A stretch of DNA of 64,000 nucleotides from NCBI GenBank assembly GCA_041636995.1, contig JBFKRY010000001.1:1482-65481 (forward strand), written 5' to 3'. The position numbers and the translations under genes were made by a program. The DNA comes from Acidimicrobiales bacterium. GTDB taxonomy: Bacteria; Actinomycetota; Acidimicrobiia; Acidimicrobiales; UBA8592. Within the stretch, counting starts at the first letter, position 1; each line of letters opens with the position of its first letter. The notes under the pieces were generated by a model that had not been told where the DNA came from, made no database searches, and worked only from the letters and a program-made list of their open reading frames with translations. Shown here piece after piece: positions 1-8,068 of this stretch.

Positions 1-1617
1 GAGAAGCTGGCCCAGCAGGGGATCCTCAAGGTGATCTGTGGCACCGACACCCTCGGCGTGGGGGTGAACGTCCCGATCCGTACCGTGCTGTTCACCCAGC
101 TCTGCAAGTTCGACGGCGCCGAGACCCGGGTCCTGAGCGTGCGGGAGTTCCAGCAGATCGCCGGCCGGGCCGGCCGCAAGGGCTTCGACGAGCTGGGCCA
201 CGTCTGGGTCCAGGCCCCGGAGCACTGGGTCGAGAACCGGCGCATGGAGGAGAAGGCCGCCACCGATCCCAAGAAGCGCAAGAAGCTGGTCAAGCGCAAG
301 CCGCCCGAGTGGGGCTATGCCCACTGGAACGAGGACACCTTCCGCCGCCTGGTGGAGGGGACGCCCGAGCCTCTCCAGTCGAGCTTCCGGGTCAGCCACC
401 AGCTGTTGCTGAACGTGCTCGACCGGCCCGGCGACGGCTGCGCCGCGCTGCGGCGGCTGCTCACCGACAACCACGAACCCCGGCCCCGCCAGCGCGCCCA
501 CATCCGGCGGGCCATCGCCATGTACCGGGCCCTGGTCGACGCCGGGGTGGTCGAGGAGCTCGACGAGGCCGACCACGAGGGTCGGCTGGTCCGGGTGACC
601 ATCGACCTGCAGGACGAGTTCGCCCTCCACCAGCCGCTGTCGCTGTTCGCCATGGAGGTACTGGCCGAGCTCGACCCCGACAGTCCTGACGGGTCCGACT
701 ACGCGCTCGACGTGCTCTCGGTGGTGGAGGGTGTCCTCGAGGATCCCCGTCCGGTGCTGAAGGCCCAGCTCGACCGGGCCCGGGACCAGCTCATGGCCCA
801 GATGAAGGCCGACGGGCTCGAGTACGACGAGCGGATGGAGAAGCTGGCCGAGGTCGAGCACCCCAAGCCGCTCGGCGACTTCCTGTGGGGCTGCTTCCAG
901 GTCTTCCGCCGGGCTCACCCGTGGGTGGGCGACGAGACCGTCCGCCCCAAGAGCGTGGCCCGGGAGATGTACGAGATGGGCTTCGGGTTCCGCGACTACA
1001 TCCAGTTCCACGGGCTGAAGCGCAGCGAGGGGGTGGTGCTCCGTTACCTGGGCGACGCCTACAAGGGCCTGGTGCAGAACGTGCCCGAGCACCACAAGAC
1101 CGACGAGGTGTGGGATCTGCAGGAGTGGCTCGGCGAGCTGGTCCGCCAGGTCGACTCGAGCCTGCTCGACGAGTGGGATCGCATCCAGGCGGGCGCCGAT
1201 CTGCGCGAGGGCGTACAGGCCGAGGCCCTCGAGGCGCCGAGCCGCGACGTGACCGCCAACCACCGGGCCTTCGCGGTGATGGTCCGCAACGCCGCGTTCT
1301 GGATCGTGCAGCATCTGGCTCGCCGGGACCACGAGGCGGTGGCCCGGCTCGCTCGGGTGGACGGCTCCCGCTGGCGGCCCAGCGAGATCGAGGCGCTGAT
1401 GGCCCCGTACTGGGACGAGCACGACAGCATCGGCATCGACGCCGACGCCCGCAGCGCCGCCTACTTCGACTGGCGCCGCGACGACCAGCAGGTCACCCAG
1501 ATCCTCGCCGACCCGGAGGGGACCAACGAGTGGCGGGTGACTGCCCGGGTCGACCTGCCTGCGTCGCGCGAGGCGGGGGAGGCAGTGCTGGTGCTGGAGC
1601 GGATCGGCCGCCTGTAG
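1..1617 (+). CDS. DEAD/DEAH-box (Ski2-like) helicase, C-terminal part with DUF3516-like region; 5' end lies outside the window
   Basis: Frame 1 is open from nt 1 (EKLAQQGILKVICGTDTLGVGVN...). Helicase C-terminal motifs TDTLGVGVN and QQIAGRAGRKG (motif VI), followed by a long helical tail. Stop at 1615-1617. Confidence 0.8.
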   Translation, partial: EKLAQQGILKVICGTDTLGVGVNVPIRTVLFTQLCKFDGAETRVLSVREFQQIAGRAGRKGFDELGHVWVQAPEHWVENRRMEEKAATDPKKRKKLVKRKPPEWGYAHWNEDTFRRLVEGTPEPLQSSFRVSHQLLLNVLDRPGDGCAALRRLLTDNHEPRPRQRAHIRRAIAMYRALVDAGVVEELDEADHEGRLVRVTIDLQDEFALHQPLSLFAMEVLAELDPDSPDGSDYALDVLSVVEGVLEDPRPVLKAQLDRARDQLMAQMKADGLEYDERMEKLAEVEHPKPLGDFLWGCFQVFRRAHPWVGDETVRPKSVAREMYEMGFGFRDYIQFHGLKRSEGVVLRYLGDAYKGLVQNVPEHHKTDEVWDLQEWLGELVRQVDSSLLDEWDRIQAGADLREGVQAEALEAPSRDVTANHRAFAVMVRNAAFWIVQHLARRDHEAVARLARVDGSRWRPSEIEALMAPYWDEHDSIGIDADARSAAYFDWRRDDQQVTQILADPEGTNEWRVTARVDLPASREAGEAVLVLERIGRL

Positions 1618-1643
1618 GTGCCCGCCCCCCTACACTCGGGTCC

Positions 1644-2003
1644 ATGCCGATGCGGCAGGACTGCAAGTACTTCGAGAGCCGCACCTACGCGAACGGCGAC
1701 ACGGTGCGCAAGTGTGACCTCGATCTGGCACCCGAGGCCCCCTGGCGGTGCCCTGACGACTGCCCGAAGTACACGCCCAGGCTGGTCGACGTCAACTGGA
1801 ACCACGGCACCCTGGTGACCCCACCCACTCCCGACGAGCCCCCGGGGCTCGGCGAGGACGAAAGCATCGCCAGCCTGCTCGACGAGGCCGAGGACATCGT
1901 GAACGCGGCCGGCCCCGAGATCGTCGCCGAGGTCGAGGCCGAGCGGGAAGCGGCGTCCGGGGGAATCCTCGGTCGGCTGAAGCGGCGGTTCGGCCGGGGC
2001 TAG
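1644..2003 (+). CDS. Small hypothetical protein with four Cys and an acidic C-terminus
   Basis: ATG at 1644, in frame with the tail of ORF 885..2003. The upstream part of that ORF overlaps the helicase and is discounted. Product MPMRQDCKYFESRTYANGDTVRKCDLDLAPEAPWRCPDDCPKY... Confidence 0.5.
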   Translation: MPMRQDCKYFESRTYANGDTVRKCDLDLAPEAPWRCPDDCPKYTPRLVDVNWNHGTLVTPPTPDEPPGLGEDESIASLLDEAEDIVNAAGPEIVAEVEAEREAASGGILGRLKRRFGRG

Positions 2004-2099
2004 GCAGTCCCGGTGGGGCCCGACCGGGTCCGGATTTCCACTACGCCGGTAGGATAAATGCGGCCCTGACCGCCCACACCCCTCCGAGGACAGCCACCG

Positions 2100-3344
2100 G
2101 TGTATCCCGCCGACATCGTCGAGACCCTGCCCGGGCCCGACTGGCTCCGAGCCCAGCGCGCCGCCGCAGCCCGCCGGGCGGCCGAGGCCCCGATGCCCAC
2201 CTTCGAGCTCGAGGAGTGGCGCTACAGCCCCATCGACCAGCTGCGCCTCGAGGACTTCGCGCCCACCGCCACCCCGCCGGTGGACGTCGACGTCGTCGGC
2301 GCCCACGTGGAGGGCGCGGTGGCGTCGGTGGTGACCGTCGACGGCTTCGTCACCTCCGTCGACCTCGCCGACGGCCCGGTGCGGGGGCTGCGGATCGGCA
2401 GCGCGTCCGACGGGGCGTCCGATGACGTCGGCGAGATCGACCTGGGCGGGGTGGTCGACGTGTTCGGCGAGGTCAACACCGCGTTCGCCCCGGACCCCAT
2501 CGTGATCAGCGTCGACGCCGGCGCCGACATCGCCGGTCCGGTGGTGGTGACCCACCACGTCCGCGCCGAGGGGGTGGCCGCGTTCCCGCGGGTCCACGTC
2601 GAGGTCGGCGCCGATGCGTCGCTGAGCGTGGTCGAGGTGATGCAGTCCGCCGACGTGTCCGCCCTGGTCGCGCCGGTCACCCGGCTCTCGGCCGCGCCGG
2701 CCAGCCGGTTGCGCTACCAGGTCGTCCAGGAGCTCGGCCCCCGCATCTGGCAGCTGGGCTCCCTGGTGGCCGACGCCGACAACCAGGCCACCCTGATCGC
2801 GGGCGTGGCCGCCATGGGCGCCGGGTACGGCCGATTGCGCACCGACTGCCGGCTGGTGGGCCGGGGGGCCACCGGCGACCTGCTGGCCGTCTACTTCGGC
2901 GACGGCGACCAGACCCTGGACTTCCGCACCTTCCAGGACCACCGGGCCCGCGACACCACCAGCAACCTGCTGTTCAAGGGGGTGCTCGACGGCTCGTCCA
3001 CCTCGATCTACACCGGCCTGATCCGGGTGGCGCCCGAGGCCGCGGGCACCAACGCCTTCCAGACCAACCGAAACATCAAGCTCTCCGACGACGCCTGGGC
3101 CGAGTCTGTCCCCAACCTGGAGATCGAGAACAACGACGTGCGCTGCAGCCACGCGTCCACGGTGAGCCCGGTCGACGCCGAGCAGCGCTTCTACCTCGAG
3201 AGCCGGGGAGTGCCAACGCCGGTCGCCGAGCGGCTCATCGTCGAGGGGTTCCTCGACGAGGTGATCGAGTCCCTGCCCGTGCCCGAGATCGCGGCGCACG
3301 TCGAGGCGCTGGTGCAGGCCAAGCTGGCCCGGAGGCAACCATGA
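2100..3344 (+). CDS. sufD: Fe-S cluster assembly protein SufD
   Basis: 414-aa ORF with the SufB/D C-terminal signature ...PNLEIENNDVRCSHASTVSPVDAEQRFYLESRGV... (the C-S-H form is typical of SufD). ATGA overlap with the next gene at 3341-3344. Confidence 0.85.
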   Translation: MYPADIVETLPGPDWLRAQRAAAARRAAEAPMPTFELEEWRYSPIDQLRLEDFAPTATPPVDVDVVGAHVEGAVASVVTVDGFVTSVDLADGPVRGLRIGSASDGASDDVGEIDLGGVVDVFGEVNTAFAPDPIVISVDAGADIAGPVVVTHHVRAEGVAAFPRVHVEVGADASLSVVEVMQSADVSALVAPVTRLSAAPASRLRYQVVQELGPRIWQLGSLVADADNQATLIAGVAAMGAGYGRLRTDCRLVGRGATGDLLAVYFGDGDQTLDFRTFQDHRARDTTSNLLFKGVLDGSSTSIYTGLIRVAPEAAGTNAFQTNRNIKLSDDAWAESVPNLEIENNDVRCSHASTVSPVDAEQRFYLESRGVPTPVAERLIVEGFLDEVIESLPVPEIAAHVEALVQAKLARRQP

Positions 3345-3688
3345 CCTCGGAGCGGGTGCGGGTGGCCGCGGCCGACGAGCTCGAGTCCGGTGAGGTCGCC
3401 CGGGTGACGGTGGGCGACGCCAAGGTGGCGCTGGTGCGGGTCGGCGACGAGTACTACGCGCTGTCGGACCGCTGCAGCCACGCCAACTACTCCCTCTCGG
3501 AGGGCGAGGTCGACTGCGACGAGAAGACCCTCACCTGCTGGAAGCACGGCGCGGAGTTCTCGCTGCTCGACGGGGAGCCCCAGACCCTGCCGGCCACCCA
3601 GCCGGTGCCGGTGTACCCGGTGGAGGTGGCCGACGGCGAGGTGTACGTGACCCTGCCGGGCCGGACGAGGACGGAGCGGCACCGATGA
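3341..3688 (+). CDS. Rieske [2Fe-2S] ferredoxin-like protein (suf-operon associated)
   Basis: Rieske ligand boxes CSHANYSL and CWKHGAEF. Coupled to both flanking genes by ATGA overlaps (3341-3344 and 3685-3688). Confidence 0.85.
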   Translation: MTSERVRVAAADELESGEVARVTVGDAKVALVRVGDEYYALSDRCSHANYSLSEGEVDCDEKTLTCWKHGAEFSLLDGEPQTLPATQPVPVYPVEVADGEVYVTLPGRTRTERHR

Positions 3689-4509
3689 GCCGGCTGGAGG
3701 TGCGGGGCCTGCGGGCCCGGGCAGGCGACAGCGACGACGAGATCCTCCGGGGCATCGACCTGGTGGTCCAGTCGGGCGAGGTCCACGCGGTCATGGGGCC
3801 CAACGGCTCGGGCAAGTCGACGCTGGCCCACGTCCTCGTGGGGCGACCCGGCTACGAGGTCACCGGCGGCAGCGCCACCCTCGACGGCGAGGATCTGCTG
3901 GCCATGAGCCCGTTCGAGCGGGCCCAGGCCGGGCTGTACCTGGCCATGCAGTACCCGATCGAGATCGAGGGGGTGCTGCTGGCAGAGGTGATGGCCGAGT
4001 CGGCCCGGGCCGGGGGCCACGACGTGGACGAGGTGCTGGCGCGCCTGCATGCCGAAGCCGAGGCGATCGGCGTCCCGGACGAGCTGCTCGGGCGGGGCAT
4101 CAACGTCGACATGTCCGGCGGCGAGAAGAAGCGGAGCGAGACCCTGCAGCTCGCCGCGCTGCAGCCGGGGATCGCCATCCTGGACGAGCTGGACTCGGGC
4201 CTCGACGTGGACGGCATGCGGGTGGTGAGTCGCCGTATCGAGCGGGCCACCGACGAGCAGGGCCTGGGCGTGCTGGCCATCACCCACTACAACCGGCTCC
4301 TGCAGGAGCTGCGCCCCGACGTGGTCCACGTGTTCGTGGACGGGGTCATCCAGGAGCGCGGCGGCCCGGAGCTGGCCAGCGAGCTCGAGCAGACCGGCTA
4401 CGACCGCTGGATGAGGACAGTGGAGACCGGGGTGTCGATCGGCGGCCCCGGCGGGCTCGGCGGCACCAGCGCTGCGGGCGACGACCCCTTCGCCGACCCG
4501 TTGGCCTGA
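3685..4509 (+). CDS. sufC: Fe-S cluster assembly ATPase SufC (copy 1), with a Gly-rich C-terminal extension
   Basis: Walker A GPNGSGKST, MSGGEKKRSE, Walker B IAILDELDSGLD, ITHYNRLL. Confidence 0.85.
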   Translation: MSRLEVRGLRARAGDSDDEILRGIDLVVQSGEVHAVMGPNGSGKSTLAHVLVGRPGYEVTGGSATLDGEDLLAMSPFERAQAGLYLAMQYPIEIEGVLLAEVMAESARAGGHDVDEVLARLHAEAEAIGVPDELLGRGINVDMSGGEKKRSETLQLAALQPGIAILDELDSGLDVDGMRVVSRRIERATDEQGLGVLAITHYNRLLQELRPDVVHVFVDGVIQERGGPELASELEQTGYDRWMRTVETGVSIGGPGGLGGTSAAGDDPFADPLA

Positions 4510-4531
4510 GCGGCGTGGCAGACTCGGCGGC

Positions 4532-4828
4532 ATGGCCGAGTACGACCGGAAGAGGCTGCTGTCCGACGACGAGGTGGCTTCGGCCCTCGGGGAGCTGGAG
4601 GGCTGGGAGCGCCGGGGCGATCGCCTCGCTCGCACCTTCGAGCTCGCGGACTTCACCGAGGCCTTCGGGTTCATGGCGTCGGTGGCCCTGATCTCCGAGC
4701 GCCTGTTCCACCACCCCGAGTGGTCCAACGTGTGGAACAAGGTGGAGATCGAGATCACCAACCACGCCGCCGGTGGCCTCACCGAGCTCGACGTCGAGTG
4801 GTGCCGGAGGGTGAACGCGTTGGTGTAG
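4532..4828 (+). CDS. 4a-hydroxytetrahydrobiopterin (pterin-4-alpha-carbinolamine) dehydratase
   Basis: 98 aa. PCD/DCoH pattern ...GWERRGDRLARTFELADFTEAFGFMASVALISERLFHHPEWSNVWNKVEIEITNH... Confidence 0.8.
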   Translation: MAEYDRKRLLSDDEVASALGELEGWERRGDRLARTFELADFTEAFGFMASVALISERLFHHPEWSNVWNKVEIEITNHAAGGLTELDVEWCRRVNALV

Positions 4829-4851
4829 GCGAATCGAGGCGGTTCCGCTGT

Positions 4852-6111
4852 TCACGTCCGGGCATCGTCCATCGTGGCGAGGCGGGACGCCAGGTGCGAT
4901 CGTTCGACTTCGTTGGAGCAGAGGTCCAGCGCTCTGCGGTAGGAACGTCGAGCCCGGTCGTTGTCGCCGGCCCTCCGCGCGAGCTCGGCGCCTACAGCGG
5001 GGACTCTGTGGTTGTCCGCGAGCAGATCCTCGAGTCCGGCGAGCAGTTCGAGGCCGGCCTCGGGTCCTTCGGCCTCGGCCACCGCGACGGCTCGGTTGAG
5101 GCGCACGATCGCAGAGCCGGTCCGGGCTTCGAGATCGGCGTAGTAGCTCGCGATCGCGGCCCAGTTCGTCGCTTCGGGCGTCCGGGCCCGTGCGTGCTCG
5201 GCAGCGACCAGCGCTTGGAGGCGCAGCTCCTCCGCATAGCCTTCGCCCGGCTCGAGCTGCTCGAGTAGACCGAGCGCCAGGCGAATCTCGTCGCGGTGCC
5301 ATCGTGAGCGGTCCTGGTCCGCCAAGGTCACGAGCTGCCCCTCGCTCTGCCTGCCATCGCGGCGCGAGTGCTGGAGCATCAGCAGCGCCAGCGTCGCTCG
5401 AACCTGGGGGGCCTCCGGCACCAGGTTATGCAGGACTGCGGCCAGGTGCACGGCCTCGGCGGCGAGGTCTGGTCGTGCCAGCTCGGCGCCGCCCCCGGGC
5501 GTGTACCCCGCAGTGAACGCCAGGTAGATCGTTCGACAGACCTCGTCGAGGCGGGACCCGAGCTCGTCTTCTACCGGAGCACCCAGCGGAATGCCGGCCT
5601 GCACGATCTTCTTCTTGGCCCGCGTCAGTCGCGCCGCCATCGTCGCTCGAGACACGAGGAAGAGGCGAGCGATCTCGTTGGTGGACGTCCCGATCACGAG
5701 GCGCAGCGCGAGCGCGGACCGAGACTCGGATGGCAGGGCCGGATGGCAGCACAGCAAGATGAGGTGGAGCCGTTCGTCCGAGAGATGCATGTCCGGTTCC
5801 GCCGGTGGAACCCAGCCCTGCCTGACGGCAAGGAGCGGCGCCTTGCGACCTGCGACCGCCTCGGCGCGCAACCGCCCGACGACGTGGCGATGGGCTGTCG
5901 TGTACAGCCAGCCTGCGGGATTGGCGGGTACGGTGTCGGCGCCCCATCGCTGTGCCGCTCGCGCGAACGCTTCGCTCAGCGCCTCCTCAGCCAGGTCGAG
6001 CCGACGTGTTCGAGCCACGAGGAGGGCGAGGAGGCGGCCCCACTCGGCCTGGTAGACAGCCTCGAGAGTCGCGTCACGGTGCGTCGAGGACCGGTCGGAT
6101 GTCGATGTCAT
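4852..6111 (-). CDS. ECF-type RNA polymerase sigma factor with a long C-terminal (DUF6596/TPR-like) extension
   Basis: N-terminal sigma region 2/4-like sequence (LEAVYQAEWGRLLALLVARTRRLDLAEEALSEAF...; ...STNEIARLFLVSRATMAARLTRAKKKI). The long helical C-terminal domain is typical of the sigma factors that pair with YciI-like genes. Confidence 0.8.
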   Translation of the reverse strand: MTSTSDRSSTHRDATLEAVYQAEWGRLLALLVARTRRLDLAEEALSEAFARAAQRWGADTVPANPAGWLYTTAHRHVVGRLRAEAVAGRKAPLLAVRQGWVPPAEPDMHLSDERLHLILLCCHPALPSESRSALALRLVIGTSTNEIARLFLVSRATMAARLTRAKKKIVQAGIPLGAPVEDELGSRLDEVCRTIYLAFTAGYTPGGGAELARPDLAAEAVHLAAVLHNLVPEAPQVRATLALLMLQHSRRDGRQSEGQLVTLADQDRSRWHRDEIRLALGLLEQLEPGEGYAEELRLQALVAAEHARARTPEATNWAAIASYYADLEARTGSAIVRLNRAVAVAEAEGPEAGLELLAGLEDLLADNHRVPAVGAELARRAGDNDRARRSYRRALDLCSNEVERSHLASRLATMDDART

Positions 6112-6427
6112 AGGCCGGCAGGATCCTGCACAACTCGGTCACCGTGTCCAAGTCGGGTGCATCGAGGAGGTAGTAGCCGCCGATCTGCTCGGCTGCTTCG
6201 GCGAACGGTCCATCGGTGATCGTGAGCTCACCACCGCGGGTTCGCAGTGTGGTGGCCATCGAGCCATCACCAATCGCCTCGCCGCTCAGGATCTCCACTC
6301 CCGACCGTGCCGCACACGCCTCGTCGAATGCGACGAACTTCGCCATGTCGGCCTCTTGTTCCTCGGGAGTCAGCTGGTCCCACGGTGTCATCTCGCCGAA
6401 CGCGGCGAGCAGCACGAAGTACTTCAC
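6074..6427 (-). CDS. YciI-family (DGPF-motif) protein
   Basis: GTG at 6427, preceded by AGGAG (6435-6439). Product VKYFVLLAAFGE...ITDGPFAEAAEQIGGYYLLDAPDLD... The upstream part of ORF 6074..6589 is discounted. Confidence 0.8.
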   Translation of the reverse strand: MKYFVLLAAFGEMTPWDQLTPEEQEADMAKFVAFDEACAARSGVEILSGEAIGDGSMATTLRTRGGELTITDGPFAEAAEQIGGYYLLDAPDLDTVTELCRILPAYDIDIRPVLDAP

Positions 6428-6633
6428 GGACACACTCCTGTCGGTTCCGACGCCGGCGACTATCGCCGACGTGACCATGACGCGCAAGGCCTCCCGAAAT
6501 CGACAGGCGGTGCTCGGGTCGGCAGCTGTCGCCACCCGACGTTCGTGATGATCGTGCACTTCGCCTGGAGCAGCCCGCCAGACCGACAATCAGTAGTCAG
6601 GAGTCGAACCATCGGTTCCGCTCCCACCGATCG

Positions 6634-7956
6634 GTGGACCCGACCGGTGAAGTTTCGATGTCACACCCTCTCTCTATTGTTGGTTGTATAGAATCGGCGG
6701 TGCTCCGGAAGGCGATCGACCAGCTCCAGGCCTTCGACCTGGCGGCCCTCGACAGCGCCCAGGTGCTGGGTTTGATCGATGGGCTCGAGCGTGAGGCGCG
6801 TCGGTTGCGGTCGCTGCAGCTCCATGTGATGGGCGAGGCCGACCGGCGGGGCGCGCATCGTGTCGATGGGCACGCCTCGGCCAAGGTCCTGGTACGTCAT
6901 CGTTGCCAGCTGCCCGGGGGTGAGGCTCTGGGCCGGGAGAAGAGCATGCGGGCCCTGCGAGAGCTCCCCGAGATCGCCGCCGCGTTCGCAGGCGGGGAGA
7001 TCGGGTCTGCTCAGGTGGACCTGATCGGTCGGGTCCACGCCAACCCCCGGGTCCGCTACCTGATGCCCCAAGAGCAGGGCCGCTTCTTGAGGTGGGCTCG
7101 CAACTTGTCGTTCCGGGACTTCGATCTGAAGATGCGCCAGTGGGAACGGCTCGCTGACAGCGACGGGCCCGCGCCGGCCAACGAGCGCCGCCACGACAAC
7201 CGTGACATCAAGCTGATCCAGGATCCGATCGAGTTGGGCTGGACCTGGAGCGGCTGGATCGCCTGTGCGCAGGGCACTGCGATGCGGGAGATCTGGCATC
7301 ACTACATCGACGCCGAGCTCCTCGCGGATTGGGAGAAGGCCCGCGCCGAACACGGCGACCAGGCTCGTGGAGCCCACCTGCCCCGAACCGCGGCACAGCG
7401 CCGGGCCGATGCGCTGTGGCAGCTGTTCCAGGACGCCGCCAAGTCCGAAGGCTGAGCGGTGCCGGTGGGGTGGGTGCACAACATCATCTGGAGCGCAGAC
7501 GCGTACGAGGAGATGCTGCGCCGCCTCGATGGCGCCCACCCCGAACCGGTCGAGGTGGACGACTACCGCTGCGAGACCATCGACGGCACCCCGCTCGAAC
7601 CCCTCGAAGCCGCCGCCGGCAGCCTCGTCGGTCGGGTGCGGCGGGTCATCGTCGATGCCGCCAGCGAAGTCATCGAAACCGGCGGCCGGCCCGAGCGAGG
7701 CCCCCGCCAGCGACGACGGAGGAGGAGCGGTAGAGCGCCTTCGGCGCAGCCGCAGCCCGGCAAGTGTCGGGCTGCGGAAGGAACCTGCGAGATCGACCAC
7801 CTGAGCCCTCACGGCATCGGCGGGCTCACCAACCCCGCCAACGGCGCCCCGCTCTGCGGACGCCACAACCGCTGGAAACAGAAAGGCTTCCGAATCACGC
7901 GCGACCCCGATGGCACCCACCGAACCCTCCGCCCCGACGGCACCCAACTCGAATGA
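6634..7956 (+). pseudogene. DUF222 + HNH endonuclease ('13E12-like') gene interrupted by an in-frame TGA at 7453-7455
   Basis: ORFs 6634..7455 (DUF222-like N-terminal region) and 7459..7956 (HNH part: CEIDHLSPHGIGGLTNPANGAPLCGRHNRWK) share a reading frame and are separated only by one TGA. Alternative ATG start at 6658. Confidence 0.6.
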
Positions 7957-8068
7957 ACCAGCCCTCGCCAGCGGCTGGGCCGTGATCCCATGGCTGCCCG
8001 CTTCGTCTCCGCGCGTGAGCGGCGCCGCTGGCTGCTGGTGCTCGTCGTGCTGGCTATCTACCGGGGCC

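Noticed and set aside
1461-3338. 625-aa minus-strand ORF antisense to sufD, and many similar long ORFs (e.g. 15486-18140 +, 17291-19084 -, 30555-33518 -, 43474-45882 +, 8058-9227 -)
   Set aside because: The translations are Arg/Pro/Gly/Ala-rich and low-complexity, with no motifs. They lie opposite or out of frame to ORFs with clear enzyme signatures. These are typical stop-poor shadow frames of very GC-rich DNA.
3685-4509. First SufC copy as a generic ABC-transporter ATPase unrelated to Fe-S assembly
   Set aside because: It is ATGA-coupled to the Rieske gene and sufD, and shares SufC-specific features with copy 2 (GPNGSGKST, SGGEKKR.E, ITHY.RLL), so the SufC call is kept.
7453-7455. TGA as a selenocysteine codon in the DUF222-HNH gene
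   Set aside because: No SECIS-like hairpin is evident immediately downstream, no selenoprotein family is known for HNH/DUF222 proteins, and no sel genes are in the window. A nonsense mutation or sequencing error is more parsimonious.
6634-7956. DUF222-HNH gene as a bounded mobile element or insertion sequence
   Set aside because: No transposase, terminal inverted repeats or target-site duplication could be identified by eye, so only the gene itself is reported.
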